Below are positions 21,922 through 29,824 of a stretch of 64,000 bases of DNA, piece after piece. The notes beneath the pieces are model-generated. The model ran no database searches. It was given only the letters and a program-made list of their open reading frames with translations, and had not been told where the DNA came from. The stretch's first letter is position 1; each line of letters opens with the position of its first letter. The DNA is from Candidatus Cloacimonadales bacterium. Its GTDB lineage: Bacteria; Cloacimonadota; Cloacimonadia; Cloacimonadales; JAFGVF01. The position numbers and the translations under genes were made by a program. Location: contig CAXXOU010000004.1 of assembly GCA_963677495.2 (NCBI GenBank), forward strand, positions 928,001 through 992,000, in the 5' to 3' direction.

Positions 21922-22239
21922 ATCCCACTATTTTCCCACTGTGCATGCACTGTGCACCCAGTGAAACAGTGGGTTGGCAGTGCCTTCACAGTGGGGCCAC
22001 AGTGCGTACACCGTGCGTTGGTAAAAAGTGCAGTGAAAGGCAGTAAAAAGGGCAAAAAATGTAGCTAAGTCATTGCAAAAGGCACTGAGTATGTTATTCT
22101 AAAGCTGTCGCAATAGCGACCGAAGGGAGATGGGCGAATAGCGAAAATGGCTATAATCAATTTCGTGACAAGACGCACCAACGCAGATGGTGCACTCCAT
22201 AGTTGTAAGTCATTGTAAAATGCACTGCGTATGTCATCC
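21922..22239. repeat. Composite repeat, copy 1: CACTG/CAGTG 11-bp dyad array plus two ~30-bp repeats and one spacer
   Basis: Homologous to 47917-48385; CACT at 21926/21937/21948, CAGTG at 21967/21978/21989/22000; TAAGTCATTG..GCACTG.GTATGT at 22066 and 22206. Confidence 0.9.
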
Positions 22240-22324
22240 ATTAATCATGAAGGCAAAAATTTGCAATAATCCTTGACGATGTAAAACTTATTTGGATTAT
22301 TATCTCTATTGAAAGGGGTGTGTA

Positions 22325-23011
22325 ATGAAGAAAACGCTATTTATAATAATTCTATCAACACTATTCGTGTCTCTATTATTCTCTGTTAAACAAGAAATCA
22401 ATATTTCTAATCAAGTTGTACTTGATGAAATGTTAGATGAATTGGCAACAAAAGCATATGATAACTTCAAAGAAATTCCACCACATAAACTGAAAGATGG
22501 GGATGAACCAATCAGATGTGCTATTATGCCAATCAACAATGACATTAATGATAGGCTATATAACATTTTGAGTAGTAAACTTACTAAGACCGAGTTTGAT
22601 TTCTATGATAGAAAAGAAATTGATACTAACATTGAAGAACTTGCCTTGCAGAATAATGACTTATATCTTGATGATGGTAGTCTTAATTTTGGTAAGTTTA
22701 AACACTGGAAAGGTGCAATATTTGCTGATATGGACTACAAAAGTGAGACCTTCTTACTTAAAAAGACTCATTATTTAATGCTTAATGTGAAGATGGGAGA
22801 CATTGAAACTAATGGGCATCTGTGGCATGAAACCTTTACTACTGTTAGAAAAGATAAATTCCCAATAACATATCTTGTTATAGGATTAGTAGCTCTACTC
22901 TTCATAAGTATTCTGGTCAATATCGGAACTAAAGGTGTTATGACCAACGCGGTCTTAACGATCACCTTTATCCTGATGATACTTTATGCTGTTTGGTATT
23001 TTGTGGTGTAA
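22325..23011 (+). CDS. Exported protein with a CsgG/LpoB-like domain and two C-terminal TM helices
   Basis: Signal peptide; FYDRKEIDTNIEELALQ..GKF..LNVKMGDIETNGHLW pattern; hydrophobic C-terminus. Confidence 0.6.
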   Translation: MKKTLFIIILSTLFVSLLFSVKQEINISNQVVLDEMLDELATKAYDNFKEIPPHKLKDGDEPIRCAIMPINNDINDRLYNILSSKLTKTEFDFYDRKEIDTNIEELALQNNDLYLDDGSLNFGKFKHWKGAIFADMDYKSETFLLKKTHYLMLNVKMGDIETNGHLWHETFTTVRKDKFPITYLVIGLVALLFISILVNIGTKGVMTNAVLTITFILMILYAVWYFVV

Positions 23012-23101
23012 ATTCCCCTCTCGTAGAGGGGTACCGTTGAAACCGGTGGGTGTTTCTATTCCCCTCTTGTAGAGGGGTGCCGACTTGTCGGTGGGGTGTT
23101 T
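23012..23101 (+). repeat. Two tandem ~44-bp double-hairpin repeats (DUF559-associated REP-like family)
   Basis: ATTCCCCTCTnGTAGAGGGGTrCCG-n-CGGTGGG(G)TGTT at 23012 and 23058. Confidence 0.9.
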
Positions 23102-23118
23102 TCCCTAAAGAGTCGATA

Positions 23119-23520
23119 ATGAATAATAAATATAAAAAATACAAGAAGCTACCGTATAATCCTAAGTTGAAAGAGAAAGCAAAAGCTCTTCGGAAAGCAG
23201 GCAATCTTTCAGAAGCACTTCTTTGGCTTCCGCTAAAAAAGAAGAATTTGCTAGGACTAGATTTTCACAGGCAGAAGATTATCGGGAACTATATTGTTGA
23301 TTTTTATTGTCCTGAATTACAATTAGTTGTTGAAATAGACGGTGTTAGTCACGATTTTAAGATTGAATATGATGAACGTAGAGAAAAGTATCTAGAGTCT
23401 TTAGATTTGACTATAATACATTATAGTGATATAGATGTTAAGAGGAATATGAGTGGAGTTATTGACGATTTGATTGATAGATGCGAGAAGTTGATGTGGA
23501 GAGGTGCGCGGTTTGAGTAA
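23119..23520 (+). CDS. DUF559 / Vsr-like PD-(D/E)xK endonuclease domain protein
   Basis: YNPKLKEKAKALRK..SEALLW..FHRQKIIGNYIVDFYCPELQLVVEIDGVSH..DERR; the longer ORF start lies inside the repeat. Confidence 0.9.
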   Translation: MNNKYKKYKKLPYNPKLKEKAKALRKAGNLSEALLWLPLKKKNLLGLDFHRQKIIGNYIVDFYCPELQLVVEIDGVSHDFKIEYDERREKYLESLDLTIIHYSDIDVKRNMSGVIDDLIDRCEKLMWRGARFE

Positions 23521-23562
23521 AACACCCCGTCACTTCGTGCCACCCTTCTGTGAGAGGGGAAT
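23520..23562 (-). repeat. Inverted copy of the DUF559-associated repeat
   Basis: AAACACCCCGTCACTTCGTGCCACCCTTCTGTGAGAGGGGAAT. Confidence 0.85.
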
Positions 23563-23701
23563 AAATCGGTGATCTTGCATTATCTGATATACACTAAAGA
23601 TCTTCTGAATGAGATATAATAGTATCAATAGCAGGACTCATCTTTGCAACGAAGACAAGCTGGTAGCAAGGCATGCATAACAGCTCGGTAGAGCTGTGAA
23701 A

Positions 23702-23745
23702 ATTCCCCTCTTGTAGAGGGGTGCCGTTGGAAACGGTGGGGTGTT
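23702..23745 (+). repeat. DUF559-associated repeat copy
   Basis: ATTCCCCTCTTGTAGAGGGGTGCCGTTGGAAACGGTGGGGTGTT. Confidence 0.9.
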
Positions 23746-23774
23746 CTCCCCAAAAGAGTACAAAAGGAGGAACA

Positions 23775-25610
23775 ATGCCATTTTGTAGCAATTGTGGCAA
23801 CAAAATAGAGGAACATGACAAGTTCTGTCCAAATTGTGGTACTCCTAATCGGAGTAGTAAAGACACTGCGAGCACTAAACCTGCTCAAGGTACAATCCTA
23901 GAACATGGTAGCTACGGACAATCCAATAGTGAACTACCAAAGGGTTTTGAGATTGAAGGTCGATATAGAATAGAACAAAAGCTTGGTAAAGGTGGATTTG
24001 GTACTGTTTATAAGGCATGGGACAGCAATGTAGATGAATACAAAGCCCTAAAGGTAATTGATAATATATTTTACGATGATAAAAGGGTTATTACCTCTCT
24101 CAAGAAAGAAACTAAGTTACTTCTTAAACTTAATTCAAAACATGTTGTGAGAATATTTGATGTACATCTTCAAGGTGATGTTAAGTTCATTGATATGGAG
24201 TATATCGATGGGGGCGACTTAGTAGATTTGATGTTATCTTATGAGGATGAGAAGGTTCCTGAAGAGCGAGTTATTGAGATAGCTAAACAGATATGCCAAG
24301 GTATGATCGATATCCATGCTCATAACATTATCCACAAAGACCTGAAACCACAGAATGTTATACTTACTAAATCCGGTCAGATAAAGATAATGGACTTCGG
24401 TATCTCAGAGACTTTCAGAAGTAGTATGAGTCGTATGAAAGAGACATCAAAGAGCGGTACACCGGCATATATGAGTCCTGAACAACTACTTGGAAAAGAT
24501 GTAGGCAAAGAATCAGATATATGGAGCTTTGGGGTTATGTTGTATGAATTGCTATCAGGTAAACAGCTTTATACAGGTAGCTCCTTGAATGAAGTTTATT
24601 TTCAGATTCAGAATAGGGAGTATACTAAGATTGATCCCGTTAGCTCAAAACTGAATTTTGTTATTGAAAAATGCTTAGTAAAAAAACATATTAACCGATA
24701 TAGATTATTCGAAGATGTACTGAATCAATTAACTAAGAAAAAAATAAATAAACAATTAATTATTACAGAAGATGTTGAGTATAACGAATTAGCGAAAGAG
24801 CACAAAACAAATATTACTAATGAGATTATTGAAACTAAAATTAACGAATTGAGTAATCATGACCATATTTCTAAAACTGGTATCGAAATGATTAGAGTTA
24901 AAAGCGGGGAATTTATTATGGGTAGTAACGAAATAGAAGCGAAACCTAAAGAAATACCTAAGCACAAAGTAACAATAGATAGCTTCTATATTGGGAAATA
25001 TCCAGTATCACAACAACTATGGAAAGGAATCATGGGTAACAATCCTTCAGAATATATAGGAGAAAGAAAACCTGTAGAAAATGTTAGTTGGTATGATGCT
25101 GTAGAATTTTGCAATAAACTTAGTGATAAAGAAGGATTGGAAAAATGCTATATTGGTTCTGTTGGTAATATCAGATGCAACTGGAACGCGAATGGATACA
25201 GATTGCCTACTGAAGCTGAATGGGAATTTTCAGCTAGAGGGGGAGGATCAAGTGAATTATATAAATATTCCGGTAGTAACAATATTGATGATGTATGTGT
25301 ATATTTATCAAAAAATGGAATTGGATCGAAAGAAATTGGTACAAAAATGCCAAACGAATTAGGAATATATGATATGAGTGGTAATGTTTGGGAATGGTGC
25401 TGGGATCTGTATGGAGAATATATTTCTAAAACTGTTTCAAATCCAACTGGAAGCACTGAAGGGACACATCGTGTATATAGAGGTGGTTGTTGGTATAGCT
25501 ATAGCTCTCATTGTCGATGTGCATTTCGTAGCAAAAACCATCCCATGGTTAAAAATGCGTTCATTGGTTTTCGAATTGCTCGTTCAATAATGAATTCTCA
25601 TGAGGACTAA
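23775..25610 (+). CDS. Zinc-ribbon + Hanks-type Ser/Thr kinase + FGE-sulfatase (SUMF1/C-lectin fold) protein 1
   Basis: CSNC..CPNC; GKGGFGTVY, ALK, HKDLKPQN, DFG, GTPAYMSPE; RLPTEAEWE, GIYDMSGNVWEW, RGG.W, GFR; ATG after an AGGAGG RBS. Confidence 0.93.
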   Translation: MPFCSNCGNKIEEHDKFCPNCGTPNRSSKDTASTKPAQGTILEHGSYGQSNSELPKGFEIEGRYRIEQKLGKGGFGTVYKAWDSNVDEYKALKVIDNIFYDDKRVITSLKKETKLLLKLNSKHVVRIFDVHLQGDVKFIDMEYIDGGDLVDLMLSYEDEKVPEERVIEIAKQICQGMIDIHAHNIIHKDLKPQNVILTKSGQIKIMDFGISETFRSSMSRMKETSKSGTPAYMSPEQLLGKDVGKESDIWSFGVMLYELLSGKQLYTGSSLNEVYFQIQNREYTKIDPVSSKLNFVIEKCLVKKHINRYRLFEDVLNQLTKKKINKQLIITEDVEYNELAKEHKTNITNEIIETKINELSNHDHISKTGIEMIRVKSGEFIMGSNEIEAKPKEIPKHKVTIDSFYIGKYPVSQQLWKGIMGNNPSEYIGERKPVENVSWYDAVEFCNKLSDKEGLEKCYIGSVGNIRCNWNANGYRLPTEAEWEFSARGGGSSELYKYSGSNNIDDVCVYLSKNGIGSKEIGTKMPNELGIYDMSGNVWEWCWDLYGEYISKTVSNPTGSTEGTHRVYRGGCWYSYSSHCRCAFRSKNHPMVKNAFIGFRIARSIMNSHED

Positions 25611-27332
25611 ATGCCATATTGCGTACATTGTTCAAAAGAGATACAATCTGATTGGAAGGTTTGCCCCTTTTGTGGGAAACCTAATGTTTTGAGTCAGAAT
25701 ATGGAAAGTAATGATTCTGTAAAATCTGATACTATCTTAGAAACCGGTGGTTACGGACAATCAATAAGCGAACTACCTAAAGGTTATGAGATAGAAGGAC
25801 GATATAGAATTGATGCAAAACTTGGTAAAGGTGGTTTCGGTACTGTCTATAGAGCTTGGGATAACAATGTAGATGAATACAAAGCTCTCAAAGTGATTGA
25901 TAATATCTTTTATGATGATAAGAGGGTGATTGCATCCCTGAAGAAGGAAACCAAGTTATTGCTGAAGCTCAACTCTAAGTATGTTGTCCGTATCTTTGAT
26001 GTGCATCTTCAAGGAGATGTTAAGTTCATCGATATGGAGTATATAGATGGAGGTGACTTAGTAGATTTGATGCTTTCTTATGATGATGAGAAAGTCCCTG
26101 AAGATAAGGTAATCGAGATAGCAATACAAATATGCCAAGGGATGATTGATATTCATGCTCACAATATTATTCACAAAGACCTTAAACCACAGAATGTTAT
26201 GCTTACTAAATCCGGCCAAGTAAAGATAATGGACTTCGGTATCTCAGAGACTTTCAGAAGTAGTATGAGTCGTATGAAAGAGACATCAAAGAGCGGTACA
26301 CCTGCATATATGAGTCCGGAACAACTACTCGGAAAAGATGTAGGTAAAGAATCGGATATCTGGAGCTTTGGGGTTATGTTGTATGAGTTGCTTTCAGGGA
26401 AACAGCTCTATACCGGTAGCTCAGTGAATGAGGTTTATTTTCAGATACAGAATAGGGAGTATGAAGTCATTGATAATGTCCCTGATTTCATGAACTCTGT
26501 ACTTGAAAAATGTGTTGTACAAAGTTTTAAGGATAGGTTTTCTGATTTTGAGACTTTATCAAAATCTTTAAGTAAACAGAAGTCATTGAAAAAATCAAGT
26601 TTTGCGAATTATACTTCGAAAACAGGGATTGAGATGATTGCTGTTGAGGGTGGAAGCTTTACTCTTGGAAAAAAGGGAGCGTTCAATACGGGAAGCGAGA
26701 CTGAAGCAAGTGTTGATGATTGTTTCATTTCTACCTACCAAATAACTATCAGTAAATGGAATGAAATTATAGAAGATAACTTAAGAAAAGGGAAATACAT
26801 AAATCATCCTGTAACTAAAGTTTCATTCAAAGAAGTTGTACTTTTTTTGAACAAACTAAGTGAGTTGGAAGGGTGTCAACCTTGTTACACTAACATCAAC
26901 ACAAATATACAATGTGATTTTGGTGCTGATGGTTATAGATTACCAACTGAATCAGAATGGGAATTTGCTGCGAAAGGTGGTAACCTGAGACGTGGATACA
27001 AGTATAGTGGAAGTGATAAAGCATCAGAAGTTGCTTGGTGTTGGCCTCATTCATTCAAATCAATTACACATGTTGGAAGATTAAAATCTAATGAGTTAGG
27101 AATCTATGATATGAGTGGTAATGTTTGGGAATGGTGCTGGGATTGGTTTGGTGATTACCCACAACAGAAACTACAAAATTATAAAGGTCCTAAATTCGGT
27201 TCATTAAAAACTGTAAGGGGAGGAGACTGTATAAACACTGCATATTCTAGTCGTGTTATTAATCGTTCTTACATGAGACCTGATGCTAAAACAAAACTGC
27301 TTGGTTTCAGAATTGCTAGGAGTAGGGTTTGA
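25611..27332 (+). CDS. Zinc-ribbon + Ser/Thr kinase + FGE-sulfatase protein 2
   Basis: CVHC..CPFC; same kinase motifs; RLPTESEWE, GIYDMSGNVWEW, LGFRIAR; starts immediately after the stop of kinase 1. Confidence 0.93.
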   Translation: MPYCVHCSKEIQSDWKVCPFCGKPNVLSQNMESNDSVKSDTILETGGYGQSISELPKGYEIEGRYRIDAKLGKGGFGTVYRAWDNNVDEYKALKVIDNIFYDDKRVIASLKKETKLLLKLNSKYVVRIFDVHLQGDVKFIDMEYIDGGDLVDLMLSYDDEKVPEDKVIEIAIQICQGMIDIHAHNIIHKDLKPQNVMLTKSGQVKIMDFGISETFRSSMSRMKETSKSGTPAYMSPEQLLGKDVGKESDIWSFGVMLYELLSGKQLYTGSSVNEVYFQIQNREYEVIDNVPDFMNSVLEKCVVQSFKDRFSDFETLSKSLSKQKSLKKSSFANYTSKTGIEMIAVEGGSFTLGKKGAFNTGSETEASVDDCFISTYQITISKWNEIIEDNLRKGKYINHPVTKVSFKEVVLFLNKLSELEGCQPCYTNINTNIQCDFGADGYRLPTESEWEFAAKGGNLRRGYKYSGSDKASEVAWCWPHSFKSITHVGRLKSNELGIYDMSGNVWEWCWDWFGDYPQQKLQNYKGPKFGSLKTVRGGDCINTAYSSRVINRSYMRPDAKTKLLGFRIARSRV

Positions 27333-27368
27333 GATATGTGAATTGTTAAAGCATAGATTACGGGGATT

Positions 27369-27527
27369 GTAGGGCACGCAGCTTGCTTTTGCCCACAGCT
27401 CGATGAGCTGTATTCATGATGACTGAAATTTATGAGATATACTAAAGAAGTTTAGGAAATAATATAAATTAGCTTCTTTGGCAGAGCTTAGCTATCGCTA
27501 AGCAGACAAGCTGGCAGCATGTCCTAC
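27369..27527. repeat. GTAG-ended REPIN/MITE-like unit, copy 1
   Basis: Left GTAGGGCACGCAGCTTGC.., right GAGCTTAGCTATCGCTAAG.AGACAAGCTGGCAGCATGTCCTAC; both ends recur at 32071-32264, right end also at 57461. Confidence 0.85.
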
Positions 27528-27546
27528 TAGTAAAAGTCTGGTTGTG

Positions 27547-27634
27547 AACCACGAAATAACCACGGGCAAACCACGCCCATACTACGCGAGCCGTGGTTAA
27601 CCCCTGGTTTACACGTGGTCAACCCGTGGTAAAG
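27547..27634. repeat. 11-bp-period dyad array, CCACG/CGTGG family, copy 1
   Basis: CCACG-like at 27549, 27560, 27571, 27582; CGTGG-like at 27592, 27603, 27614, 27625. Confidence 0.9.
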
Positions 27635-27665
27635 TATGACAGATGTGTTGGAAATTGGTGAGGGG

Positions 27666-27709
27666 AAACACCCCGCCGTTGACACGGCACCCCTCTACAA
27701 GAGGGGAAT
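27666..27709 (-). repeat. Inverted DUF559-associated repeat copy
   Basis: AAACACCCCGCCGTTGACACGGCACCCCTCTACAAGAGGGGAAT. Confidence 0.9.
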
Positions 27710-27725
27710 GGGAAAAGGAGAGTAG

Positions 27726-29054
27726 ATGAAGAATTATTGGATTATAGTATTATTAGTGCTGTTTGGATGCACACAAACAAAAAAGATGGAGCCTGAGAGG
27801 AGTAAGGTTACTCACACAATTGAGAAGATTGATTGGATTGAGGAAACTCCTGAGAATACTGATAAGTACATTTATGCTGTGGGGACAGGATCTGATGCTG
27901 CTAGTGCTGATGTGGATGCACGCAATGGGATTGCATCATACTTTGAAACACGCGTTAAGACGCAGTATGAGGAGCAATGGTCTGATGTGGAAACAGAGGA
28001 GAGAAGCTACTTCCAAAGCATGATAACAGAATCAACTATCAGTAATTCAGAAGCTGTATTACCGGGGTTGATGATAATAAAAAGGGCTGAGAAGAACGGT
28101 TCTCATTATTCATTAGCTGCTCTAAATATGACTCTTCTTAAGAAATATCAAAAAAACCTAAACTCTCACTTTGATACGCAACTTCTTCAAGCTGAGATGG
28201 AAGATGACCCTGGTATAGCGTTACAGATGATATACTCAGCATCAACATTACTTGTTAAAAGCGTAGAGCCAATTTTCTATGCAGAGAAAGTACCTGCTAT
28301 TATCCAGTTAAATAGCCAACTCAATGAACTCTATGACGGATTTGAAGTTGAAACTAAGCTAATTAGGGACATGGTTAGTGATGAGTATGAGCAAGTATTA
28401 GTGACACTTACCCATGAAGGTGTTCCGGTTACAGACTATCCCTTTACGATGACAGGTTGTGAATGGAACCCGGATGATAAAGGGAACTATGTTGTTGATG
28501 TATCTGATATAACACAGAGTGCTGTGAGTTTCAAACTTGCATTTGATTATGATAAAGTAACCCTTCCCGAGGAGATAAAATCATACGAAGTGGATATGGC
28601 AAAGAAGTTCATGCGTAACTTGCTAACACGAGATATCTCAACAACATTAACAATTCCAAGAGTTCCAAGAGCATTAGTTATAACAAAAGTGAACTGTGAT
28701 CAACAACTAAATGATAGTTTAATTAATGATACAATCGTAGGGAATCTCTTAGCGGAAGGCATTAAACATGAAGAAGATAAGAGATACGCTAATGTAGTCA
28801 TAAAAGCTATTATTAATGTAAACTACTCTTCCGAAACTGCCTTAGGACATTGCTATAAATCGAATGTGATAATAGAAATAAAGATGAAAGATGAGGATAG
28901 TAAAGTTGTTGAACTTGCAACTGACGAGCAGACAAAAGCATTTGATAAAGACAAAAATAAGGCTGCATCAAAGTCCTTGAAGAAACTGAATCAAATCTTA
29001 ATCGATAGAATTGATGAAGTTACTAAACACATAAATGACAAAATGGGGTTCTAA
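27726..29054 (+). CDS. LPP20-family lipoprotein
   Basis: LFGC lipobox; DWI..P...YIYAVGTG....ADVDARNGIASYF pattern. Confidence 0.7.
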   Translation: MKNYWIIVLLVLFGCTQTKKMEPERSKVTHTIEKIDWIEETPENTDKYIYAVGTGSDAASADVDARNGIASYFETRVKTQYEEQWSDVETEERSYFQSMITESTISNSEAVLPGLMIIKRAEKNGSHYSLAALNMTLLKKYQKNLNSHFDTQLLQAEMEDDPGIALQMIYSASTLLVKSVEPIFYAEKVPAIIQLNSQLNELYDGFEVETKLIRDMVSDEYEQVLVTLTHEGVPVTDYPFTMTGCEWNPDDKGNYVVDVSDITQSAVSFKLAFDYDKVTLPEEIKSYEVDMAKKFMRNLLTRDISTTLTIPRVPRALVITKVNCDQQLNDSLINDTIVGNLLAEGIKHEEDKRYANVVIKAIINVNYSSETALGHCYKSNVIIEIKMKDEDSKVVELATDEQTKAFDKDKNKAASKSLKKLNQILIDRIDEVTKHINDKMGF

Positions 29055-29821
29055 TGAACATTGAGTTTTCAGGGTTATCACATATAGGATCTAAGTCAGA
29101 AGAGAATGAGGATAGCTATCTTCTTCCTCAATATAATGATACCTTTGATATAGAGCCGGATGTGGAGAATAAAGGGCATCTGTTTACATTGTGTGATGGT
29201 ATGGGTGGACATAATGCCGGTGAGATAGCAAGTAGATTGTGTTGCAACTGGTTGTTTAAAGAGTTTTATGAAGACAGTGTTCCTGATTCTGAGTTAAGTG
29301 AATGGTTTGCAGATGAGATTGATAGTCTTAATAATCGTTTATACAACCTATCACTGGAACACAGTGAATACACCGGTATGGGTACTACATTAGTTAACCT
29401 GCTTATTCATAATGGGGTTGCATACTATAACAATGTAGGGGACAGCAGACTTTATTTAATCAGAGATAATAAGCTAATGCAACTAACAGAGGATGATTCC
29501 GATGTTTGGAAGCAGTTTCGTTCCGGTTTTATAACAAAGGATGAGATACTTACAAGTGCAAGAAAGAATGTGATAACTCAGGCAATTGCAGTCGGTTCGT
29601 TTGTTGAAGTACATAGATATGACACACTTGAAGTAGAATCTGGTGATTGTTTTCTTCTCTGCTCTGATGGATTGACTGATTATGTATATGATAGAGATAT
29701 CGAAGCCATTTTTAGAGAATACACTAATGTAGATGATATTGCCAACGCTCTTGTAGAGCAAGCGATTGAAAACGATACTAATGACGATACAACAGTTATT
29801 GTTGTGGAGATTATGGAGTAG
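29054..29821 (+). CDS. PP2C-family Ser/Thr protein phosphatase (Stp1/PrpC-like)
   Basis: ENEDS, LCDGMGGHNAGEIAS, GMGTT, NVGDSRLY, LLCSDGLTD, DDTTVIVV; TAATG overlap with the upstream gene. Confidence 0.95.
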   Translation: MNIEFSGLSHIGSKSEENEDSYLLPQYNDTFDIEPDVENKGHLFTLCDGMGGHNAGEIASRLCCNWLFKEFYEDSVPDSELSEWFADEIDSLNNRLYNLSLEHSEYTGMGTTLVNLLIHNGVAYYNNVGDSRLYLIRDNKLMQLTEDDSDVWKQFRSGFITKDEILTSARKNVITQAIAVGSFVEVHRYDTLEVESGDCFLLCSDGLTDYVYDRDIEAIFREYTNVDDIANALVEQAIENDTNDDTTVIVVEIME

Positions 29822-29824
29822 AGT

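Noticed and set aside
23594..23888. Minus-strand ORFs over the kinase 1 start, and 5' extensions of the ORFs at 23050, 23721, 32256 and 58372
   Set aside because: They are read-through of repeats or IS ends; better starts with RBS or domain boundaries lie downstream.
23775..27725. Complete diversity-generating retroelement
   Set aside because: No reverse transcriptase, Avd or adenine-variant template repeat was found in the window.
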